Assembly: GCA_049999805.1 (NCBI GenBank)
Contig: JBNGIO010006294.1
Location: 263,108 to 300,114 of the forward strand
DNA: 37,007 nt
Direction of reading: 5' to 3'
Origin: Folioceros fuciformis
Lineage: Eukaryota
Shown here: positions 28,101 through 37,007 of the stretch, piece by piece
Layout of the letters: the number at the start of each line of letters is the position of its first letter
How positions within the stretch are numbered: the stretch's first letter is position 1
Notes under the pieces: model-generated
What the model was told of the DNA's origin: nothing
What the model saw: the letters and a program-made list of their open reading frames with translations, nothing else
Databases searched by the model: none
Program-made: the position numbers and the translations under genes

Positions 28101-30994
28101 GGACTAGAAGCATGCAACTGGGAACTGAGTGGCTTTACGTCATCATTTGCTTTGTACAGGTAAAAGTGGCACTGATCAGTGTGACAGCCGGAGGGGTGGG
28201 ACTCAACTTCTCGGCAGCACAAACAGTTGTCTTTGCAGAGTTGCCGAGTTCAGCATCCTTAATGCTGCAGGTTGGACACGTCCTGTAGGACGCTACAAGG
28301 AATTGTTACCATTCAATCTGTCCCACTGTTTGCACTGTTTTTCTGACCGTCTTATCCTGAATTTTGTCTGTTGCAGGCAGAGGATAGAACTCATAGACAA
28401 GGACAACAAAACGCAGTCAACGTGTACATATTCTGTGCAAAAGTAATTGTCTTGCCCTGCCCCTCCACGTGGCCCCTAGAAGCAGAGCTGTTGGTGTCTG
28501 AGAGACTTAAGCATAATCCACCTCTCATGCAGGGTACAAGTGACGACACTCACTGGCAGTCTTTGAGCAGAAGCCTTGAACGTGTGTCAATATTGACAAA
28601 TGGCACTACAGCTGCGGTATTGGGTCTTGAGGTAATCATCTGGTAACCGGCGCTCGTTCACATCGGATTCCACTCCAGGCCGCCTCATATGTGGAGACTG
28701 ATTAAATGCTGTCATGTCCTGCAGGTGGCATCAGTGACTGATGGCTTGCAAGACAGTGGTGATTGCAACTCTCCTGAACCTACAGACACATACAATTCTA
28801 CTGCAGGAGCAGCTGTTGCTCGCTGTGGACTAGAAGAAGTTGTCAATAAAGCTTCCATGCAAACCAGTGCTCATGGTGCACCGAACAGAAGCACTTCCAA
28901 TGAAAACTGTTTGTCAGGTTTGGCGGATCATCATGCTAATGAGGGCAAACACACTCTGGAAAGACCCGGAGATGGTCTGGGGAACACCCTCCCAGTCACA
29001 TCACATCAAATCAGTGTGCAGCAGAACGAGCACACAGCATTCGGTGTAGACTCTCTGATGTTCGAGGTAAGCCTCTACTCACTTCAGCGCTGGAGGCTGC
29101 GATGGGCGAAAATGGGCTGCGCATCATGATGTGTGCGAGGAAACTAATGTGCAGTATGATAAATGCAGGTGAGTTCACATACAGGGCGCATTCATCTCTA
29201 TCAGTCGTCTCCAGACCACAGCTCTCCACCAAAGCTCTTGGAAGAGAACTTCAAGCCTGAGATGCTAGAGCGTTTGAGAACACGGGGAGCTGCTGGTAGA
29301 GGCACTCTGCCACAAAGCATTGAGCAGAGTAAGGCATTCCAAGAAGCAGCTGCGACCTTCATCACACAGTGGACAAGTCTACGACCTGTTCATCGTAAGC
29401 AGCTGTCAGGAAGACCTCTTCGGTTACCGTTATCAAGAGAATTGAAGAGATTTCAGGCTAACTCCTCCTTCGCTCCAGGGGTGAGTTCGGCCATCTTAAT
29501 GACTTCCGGGTATTTCCACGTATTGCCTTGCCTTGGATGAAGCCATATCTGTAGTAACTGTGACGCACTCATATTGTTGCAGGGTCTGTCAAAAGGGGGC
29601 AGTAAACGGCGTCTGACTCGCAGTGAGCTGGTGTCCTGCCCTGCTCCAGATGGAGCAAGCGTAAGGAATATAGCTCTTCAGAACGCCTTTGGTGTAAAGA
29701 GGACTGTCACAAGGCAAGTCTGGTCTGCGGATGGGGAGCCTCTCTGCAAGCTTTGCCAAACTCCTTGCCGTAATAGCAACTCCAAAATGCCCCGAGTATT
29801 TGCAGATCTGTTCTGTGGGAAAAAGTGTTACGAGTGTTACTGTGCCAAGACCAGTGGACGCTACTTGAGACAGGTACGAGTCCAGAACGTGCTGACTCTC
29901 AGTATCTTGTGACACAAAAGGCTTGACAGGTGCCAGACTTGGCCTGTACAGGAACTTTTTGAACTGGAAAGGGGCGTCTGTGTTGAATGTGGCATAGACT
30001 GCCATACCTTGGTTCGGTGCCTGGTCTCTTTAGCTGCATCCAAGCGGGCTGCCTTCATCTCAGAGAAAGCGCCACACTTCTCCAAGCACAAGAGACTGTA
30101 CTGCCGCCCTATCGACCTTGGTTCAGTTGTTGTGATACGACTGAGTCATTTTACCATAACCTCACGTAACAACCTATGCAGGTTGGAAAATCTGGTCGCA
30201 AACCCAACGGAAGGCAACGCGTGGCATGCAGATCATATTGTGCCAGTCTTTGAGGGTGGAGGTAATCCCTGTCTCCAAATGTATCGTACTTGAAAGACAA
30301 TGCTCAATTCGCACGAGGTCTGAACATATTCCTGCAGGAGAGTGTGGTGTCGAGAATTTGAGAACCTTGTGCATAGCTTGCCATGCGAAGGTAACGTCAG
30401 ATCAAGCCCGTCGACGCCGCTCAGCAGAATCAAGGGCACGTCAAAATCTAAAGCTCACGATCGCTGCACTCCTTGAACGTTCTCAACCGGTAATATACTA
30501 CTACGACATTTCCATAACAAGATGAACAGGTTTGTTCACCAGGAGATTTCTCGACCTGAAGACGTATGTTGAACGTGTTTCAGGTTAGCAGGGTAGATTC
30601 GTCACTCGAGCGAACTCATCTGGAAGGTAGCGATCACGATGTCTTTGATGTAGAGGCGTCTGGTCATGTAAGCCCTCGAAAGCTGTCCGAAGCTCGAACT
30701 CCGGACGATGACGAGGACGATGACAAGCTATTTGCTATCGAGGTGGCGGGCAGTGCATATGCAGAAAACTCTACCACTGATCGCGAAGCGAACAGTCTCG
30801 CCGAGCAAAGCCCTAAGGTGCAAGAGAAAGTGTGGAAACTCCGCAGACACTCAACCGGAGGCGTTGCAAAACCGCTGTCAGCAAGGATATGCGCAAGCTC
30901 TCCAGGTGATCCACTCTTGGAAGCCTACTTCAATCGTGCATCCAGAAAACAGGTCTACGCCACCGAGATGTCACAAGCATGTGAGGCATCTTAG
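25127..30994 (+). CDS. ZRANB3: SNF2-family annealing helicase with C-terminal HNH endonuclease (ZRANB3/SMARCAL1-like), 21 exons, ~1300 aa
   Basis: Exons 25127-25579, 25681-26034, 26129-26261, 26383-26558, 26662-26735, 26846-26881, 26975-27047, 27135-27194, 27307-27535, 27647-27849, 27939-28040, 28160-28270, 28377-28442, 28533-28631, 28725-29066, 29169-29480, 29583-29873, 29952-30097, 30182-30261, 30338-30489, 30584-30994 (3903 nt). Motifs: LLPFQWDG, ADEMGVGKTIQAI, VDESH, LLSGTP, RRLKAEVLSELPAKRR, AGGVGLNF, QAEDRTHRQGQ, PLCKLC, ERGVCVEC, WHADHIVPVFEGGGECGVENLRTLCIACH. Confidence 0.92.
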
Positions 30995-31799
30995 GTTTGT
31001 GGCAGCAATCATGCCCATCACCAGGTCGCACTCCGAGGCTACTCCGCAGCAAAAGGGCAGACAATGCCCGGGGTATCCCAGAAAGGCGCCAACTGTACCA
31101 CCGCTCTCGAGCAGGTTATATTCCAGCATCTTGGATATGCCGAGAATGGAAGAAGATTCCAGTGTACTGGCCTTAATGGATCTCTGGTCCTCTGAGACCT
31201 GGCATTGGTCACCGCATGGGGCATCTGTGTGCCACTTCCCAGCAAAACAAACCCTATTCCAGGGCTCGATCATGAGACCAATAGGAAAGAACCGAGCGTG
31301 AGACTGGACAACGAACGAAAAAAGATGTAGCACTATACGGACATGGGTTGGACCCACCCGGACCAAAACCAACCAGTGTGGACGACGCAAAGCCGAAGGG
31401 GACTAGACACCTCAAAGGAATATCGCCTACAACGACATAGCGAGGTCATGAACTGGTCTTCCTCCGAGGAGACGACAAATGTGATGGCAGGCGAAGGCCA
31501 GCGAGACATGAAGGACTAGGTTCCATAATAGACATCTCGGCCACTCCCTACAACGTCCCCAAGAAGGCGAGCCCTACCGTACACCAGAAGGCTCGCAAGA
31601 TTGTTGTCCATGGCAATGCACGGCCTAGCAAATAACCACCAAAAAATTAAATATTTTAGTAATTTCTGCCCAGAAATATGACGAACAGAAGCGCTAGGGT
31701 AGCGTTGGTGTTGTTGGCCATGGCAGTGGTGAGGTGCAGGCCGTGTCCAGGTCAGACGTTGTTCCTCAGTTAGCCTGCTCTTAGGAGATTTTCTCTAGG

Positions 31800-31808
31800 T
31801 ATAAATAT
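31800..31808 (+). promoter_or_regulatory. Possible TATA box of VMP1
   Basis: TATAAATAT ~480 nt upstream of the VMP1 ATG, just before a GC/purine-rich leader. Position only. Confidence 0.3.
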
Positions 31809-32280
31809 CGGGAGAATTTGTTCATTTGATCGGGGGAGCAAGCGAAGGCGCGGTGACCCGAGAGCGCGTAGTGGAGGAAGGAGGAGGGAGGGGGAGGAGG
31901 AGGAGGAATCGCGGCGATCGCACCTGGACCAGCAATAAACGCGGACCGCGTTCTCGTGTTTGCGTGATCATCTAGCTTGACGCTCTTGTGGTGGTCTGTT
32001 GTCGGACTGAAGCTTCCGCTTTCGCGCTTGGGCGAATTGGGATTGGTTTTGTTGGGCGATTTGCTGCCCAATAGTACCCAACACGGTGCACGGAGCGCGG
32101 TGCAGGATTAGTGGTGGTTGAAGGCTTCCGGAATTGCATTCCATTTTGGGCAGGAGGAAGAGGAGGAGCAGGAGAGTGTAGAGCGGATTGGCGTTCATCG
32201 GCAGTGCAGATTCCTGACTTGCGTGTATTGTATGGTCACACTAAGGGGCAAGCAGCGAGGAGGGGGAGGAGGCAGTAGGC

Positions 32281-34240
32281 ATGGGGTCTGCTGCTGCCGA
32301 GGACGTCGCCGCAATGAAGAAGCGGCATGAGCGGGAGTTGGAGAGGTTGAGGCTTACGTGTGAGACAAGGGCTACGCTCAAGTACTTCCTGTTGGCGGTG
32401 CTGCGGAATGTGCAGCGGGTCTTGGCGTACGTTTCCTTCCACCGATCCGCGTTTCTTTATGTTGCGGGGCAGGTGACTCTGTTGGTCGCCAGCGTGGTGC
32501 TGTTTGAGGGCCCGCACCGTCAGGTATGCCCAGCTCCTGGAATTCAGCTGATTTTGTTGTAGGGAGATGCAGTCCAGAGTAGACGGGAAGGATGTGAGTG
32601 AGTAGGGTAGGGAAGCCAAGCTGGACGCTGGGGTCTCATGTCGTGGTCGTTTGTGGATGCAGTACGTGACGGAGTCTCTATTATACTCCCGGTTTGTTGT
32701 GTGGTGGGTGGGCCTTGGTGTAGCCTCTTCGATTGGATTCGGTACATTACCGTCCTCTTGACACTTTTGCACGCTGCCCGCTTCCTTGCTTCTGAAGTTT
32801 GTGGAGGTGTTTTCAGGCTCTGGGATTCATACCTTTGTTGTGTACTTGGGGCCACATATTGCTAAGTTCACCATTATGGCGACGGAGTATGGGCGAGTTG
32901 ACCTGAAAAAGGCACCATATGACACTCCACAGTGGGGACTTCCTGCTCTCTGGCACAATTTAGATCATGTAAACACAACCGCGATGTATCCTCGCGTCGC
33001 ATCAGATCATGGCGGATACATGGTTCCGATTCATCATATTCTTCTGCAGGTGATAGCAGAAGCTATGCTTTGGGGTTTGGGGACGGCGCTAGGGGAGCTT
33101 CCTCCCTATTTTCTGTCTAGAGCAGGTATTCCCTATTGGCAGTGAATGGTTCGCACTTCTTGGGTTTAGGTTCGGCCTGCATGTGACGGTGAATGATCTA
33201 AAGGAAAGTTGTCTGACTTGGACTGATGATGCTATGGAGGCTGAGGCAGCTGACTTGTTTTATATGATCGGCTTCTTTCCCTACTGCCTGCTGATGAATC
33301 CTGTGTCTGCTCTTTCAGCACGAATGTCCGGAGAGAGACTAAAAGAACTTGAGAATCTAGTTCAGCCAGTGGATACGAGCAAGATCAGTGTGCTCGACCG
33401 ATTGAAGCATTGGTTCTTTAGTCATTCTCAAAATCTGGGCTTCTTCACTATCCTTATATTTGCTTCGGTAGGAAACCATGAGCTTGACCCTCCTTTTCTT
33501 GTGGCGTCGTAGCGAGTTTTGGGTCGTCTACATAACTTGTGCCTCCATCTGTGCTGTATTGGTTTTGAGACTGTTGGGTGCATACAGGTGCCGAATCCCC
33601 TGTTTGATCTAGCTGGAATGACGTGTGGTCATTTCCAAGTGCCGTTTTGGAAGTTTTTTCTTGCTACCCTTATTGGGAAAGCGCTCATCAAGACGCACAT
33701 CCAAGTGAGCTGATGTTCCGCTTGAATCTCTCCCCAGGGTTTCCGTTTGGTCCATTTTGAATACTGACACAAGTGGTGGTTATGTTGATTCCGACAGACA
33801 TTATTCATTATTGTGGTTTGCAATGCCCACACCTCGGAGTTGTTGAAGGTTGGGTTGGAGTGGGTCCGACATCGATTTCCAGTTTTCTCTACGTACGTTC
33901 CCCACATCATATATGCTCTTGATGGTGCTCGAGAGCAGTTTATTTCAGGCAAGAAGCGCACACAGCAGGTACAGTCCGAAGACGCCGACAGCTATCAAGC
34001 TTTCCTTCCTCCTTTCCTGTGACGTTTTGACACCAATTCTTTCGTTGTGTCTTGATATTGCAGCTATCTCGATATGTCCTCAGTTGGAATACATTCGTCA
34101 CGTTGATGCTGGGTTGGTTTGCAGTGTCGATTGTTAATTCAACAGCCCAAAGACAGCTCAAGGAAGAGCAAAGACTTGAGTTGGACCAACAGGCCCACAG
34201 ACAGTCGGCCAACGGGAGCACCGACAGTGGAGATGGCTGA
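32281..34240 (+). CDS. VMP1: Vacuole membrane protein 1 / KMS1 (DedA/VTT family), 7 exons, ~414 aa
   Basis: Exons 32281-32523, 32663-32741, 32817-33125, 33319-33467, 33588-33704, 33798-33968, 34064-34240 (1245 nt). Hallmarks: [75 protein letters not shown]. Confidence 0.95.
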
Positions 34241-35919
34241 GAGTTCAGCGATTAGGGCTGCTAGCCCCTCCTCTGTAGAGGCAACTCCCAGCATTCATGA
34301 TTTTCGCCTCGCCCATGTGAGATAAGTGTCTCTGAGATTGTTGAGCTGGCAAAACTGGCTCCCTGCATAGTTAGAATGATCATTGATGACATGTGCCACC
34401 GGCAGCTGCAGTTAGTTGCCCTACCCAGGGGATCTCGCACTCTGTGTGTGGATGTGGTCCCACGGGCCCAGGGTTCCCACTGACTTCTCACAGTCCCTGG
34501 GTATGTGAAGATGCCCTCTAACCCATTGTTGCCCTTTACATTTTGGCTATGCCCGTACAGGCCATACCAGGGCTTTGTCGTCTCCAACACTCTTGTCCAT
34601 AACTACCTTGTTAGGTGCGCAGTTGGTTGCATTCATCACTTTGTAAATGTTGGCCCCCAAGAACTGGGGAAGTTCGGACTTCCTTCTTTGTTTGGAGGAT
34701 GAAGGCGAATTGAAATTAAAGTGGGGTTAGGAACGGCTCTACCCTTGAGGGCAGTCGTTTCGCAAGTTGTACAGACTTCATCCGGCAAAGCGAGCAACGA
34801 GCGGGACCTCTCACTAACCTCGCTGCTAACTTCTAACTGAAATCAGTGCCAACCAGATTCAACAGAACTGCCGACCACTGGCCTCACACGATACTGCTGT
34901 TGAGATCGAGCTATGTGACTAACCGTTGTGCTTTGTGTAGAAGATCACGAGAGAATGGTAAGTAGTGTGCAAAGTAAGAAAGACAAGAAGTAGGCCTATT
35001 TTTCTTACCAAAAGTAGGCTTATTTTCTGTTGTTAGCATCCCAAAGGAAGTAGGACCGCCAAACATCACTCCCTTGTCGTGATCCATTGTCTTGTCCACT
35101 TCTAGTGACTGAAAGTGAGATATCTTCACTTCAATTGCCTATGTGGAGGCCAACCAACACCACATCGAAAGGAATCAAGTGCCTGATTTGGAACACAACA
35201 TACTATGTCCTAATTAACAAGCTTTATTCCAATTGTAGAGTCAGTCCAAGACACGAAGACCTAAATACAATCTCTATCCTAGTCATGTAACCTTTGGCAG
35301 TTTGTCCTGCAATCTAAATTATTCTATTTTTTGTCGAAGAAAAAAGATTTAGGAAATTAGAAATTGGTGAGATTGATCTTACTTTGGGGGGTGCATGGTA
35401 TCGCTATGTATCTATAGCTTAGAAAGTAGTTACAATGATAGGATTTTTGAGATTGTGTTTGTGTGGTACTAGTAGGTGCGACTCCACATTAGTTAAGGAT
35501 AACAATTGTGGCCATTTGTGTGTTTGTGTTATAGCACAAACAAAAAGGAATGGTTTAATGGTCCTATGCCAAAAAGATTAGCTTAGAATGGTTGAAGCTT
35601 GAAGCATGGCAAAGATAAGGCAATGTGGAAAGGAAGCATGTGGAAGACGGCTGTGGAAGGGGAAGCTGTTTAAACATGCAAACATGTGAAAGCATGGAAC
35701 AGTGTGTGGAGCAAGGGAGAGGTGTGGGTGTCGAGAAGAGGGATGTTGAGCAATGAGCGTAGGAGTGTTGTAGAGTAAAGCAGAGTGGAGCCATGGGCAC
35801 GGGAGAGGCAAAGGAGAACAAGTGATATGGTGAGGTAGGAGGGTTATAGGAATGTATGAGTGGTGTAGGGGTAGGGTAGGAGGGTTGTGGAAATGGTATA
35901 GCGGATCAGAATGGTATAG

Positions 35920-36215
35920 TGATATGGTGGAGCAAGTTTAGGGTTTAGCAACATAGTAGAGTAGAAGGAGATTAGGGTTTACTAGAAGGGCAAAGCAATA
36001 GGGGTTTACGGTTTAGTGGCATAGCAGAGGAAAATAGGGTTTAGGGTTTAGCGACATGGCGGAGCAGAATAGGTTTAGGGTTTAGTGGCAGGGTGAAGCA
36101 AAATGGGTTTAGAGTTTTATGAGCATTGTGGAGCAAAATGGGTTAAGGGTTGAGTGGCATAACAGAGCATAATGGCATAGAGTGGAGCATATAGAGGGCA
36201 CCATAGGGTTACAAA
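35920..36215 (+). repeat. Degenerate ~35-bp satellite carrying plant telomere motifs (TAGGGTTTAGGGTTTAG)
   Basis: GGGTTTAG-type cores at ~35936, 35972, 36000, 36036, 36070, 36105 and 36140, separated by related (T)GGCATAG..GAGCA(G/A)AAT linkers. Confidence 0.7.
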
Positions 36216-36544
36216 TTACAATGAGGAGTATAACTGTTTGGTTTTGATCTTTTTATAGGTCTATCTACATACTTCTATTATATACTGCATGACACCCAGC
36301 CTTTACCTGTCAAGGACACCCCTTGCTCATTGTGCTCTCAACTTTGTTCTGGGGTCAAGGGAGTGAAATACCATCTTGATCATAAGCATAAGAACTTTGA
36401 CATGATCACTTGGGTGGCACAAGTATGACATGCTTCTTCTTCTGAACTAGCTACTAATCCTCTTCTAACAGATCCCCTAAGGCTGCCCCCAGAGGCTTGG
36501 TTGTGGCTTCGAAGGCAATCTGATCACATGTTGGCTCTTTTCCA

Positions 36545-37007
36545 TGCTCGTTTTTCTGTGTCCTCACCTCTTTCAACGTCTCCCTAGGTACTTGCATGAT
36601 GATATTTATCTTGGTTATTGTCTTCCCTTGGATCACCTTTCTCGGGACCCGAGGGATGAGGATGCTTGGATTTTCTTTTTCTTTTTCATGCCAGATGGTG
36701 TCTTCGGTGCTCTAGGGGTGGTCTTTCAGCGCTCTAGGGGTGGTCCTTCAGGTCAGAGAGAGGTTGCCTCTCGACTTTGTCGTTTTCAATCTTGAGATTG
36801 GCAAGCTGTTCAGGAGGAGGCTCTACTAGCAATAAAATCTCATTTGGAGTTTGCTAAGGTTGACAAGGTTTGCCATGACCCATTTAAAGTGCGTTTCCAG
36901 CAGTGTCTCATGTTCGGCAGGGATGGTCAATATGCTCGGGCTGCTAGAGCTAGTAGCATCTGTTACTGAGGACACCATTGCTACACTTCATGCCCTTCAC
37001 CTAGAAC
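36545..37007 (+). mobile_element. Degenerate region upstream of the RT domain of a CRE-like non-LTR retrotransposon, running off the window
   Basis: Translation DAW.FF..MP..RGGPSGQREVASRLCRFQS*DWQAV..QCLMFGRDGQYARAARA..VTEDTIATLHALH resembles the G.Y.RA.RAL..L.ALHP segment preceding RT in CRE-type elements. Contains a stop at 36793-36795, frameshifts and a duplicated GCTCTAGGGGTGGTC. Confidence 0.55.

Noticed and set aside
30182-30400. HNH motif as a mobile homing endonuclease or defence nuclease
   Set aside because: Spliced in frame into the SNF2 gene; it is the normal ZRANB3-type domain.
30708-31390. Overlapping ORFs 30708-31301 (+) and 30971-31390 (-)
   Set aside because: No recognisable motifs; they overlap the ZRANB3 last exon and probable 3' UTR.
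31781-32198. Minus-strand ORFs upstream of VMP1
   Set aside because: Low-complexity translations of the purine-rich VMP1 leader region.
34700-35900. Short ORFs and purine-rich degenerate repeats after VMP1
   Set aside because: Could not assign a family or a clear repeat period by eye.

Overview
Gene-dense eukaryotic nuclear DNA with ~80-190 nt spliceosomal introns. It is most likely from a non-seed land plant with flagellated sperm (inferred from SPAG17/PF6, PMIR with LysM and TTTAGGG repeats; a hornwort-like compact genome is a guess). In order, the window holds: the 3' half of an intact hemC (+, 1-823); a rearranged, internally repeated PMIR-derived ORF (-, 1433-2841); a 5'-truncated hemC pseudogene (+, ~2835-4098); an intact PMIR1-like gene (-, 4868-9335); a decayed CRE-like retrotransposon 3' end; an intronless J-domain gene; a ~31-exon SPAG17/PF6 gene; a 21-exon ZRANB3/SMARCAL1-like SNF2-HNH gene; a 7-exon VMP1/KMS1 gene; a telomere-motif satellite; and a second CRE-like fragment at the right edge. 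The most interesting signal is a tandem duplication of the convergent hemC><PMIR pair. It created a candidate young chimeric gene: an ATG taken from the antisense strand of hemC, fused to 288-bp tandem repeats of a PMIR segment, with every indel and junction frame-preserving. All exon models were read by eye and need RNA-seq confirmation.
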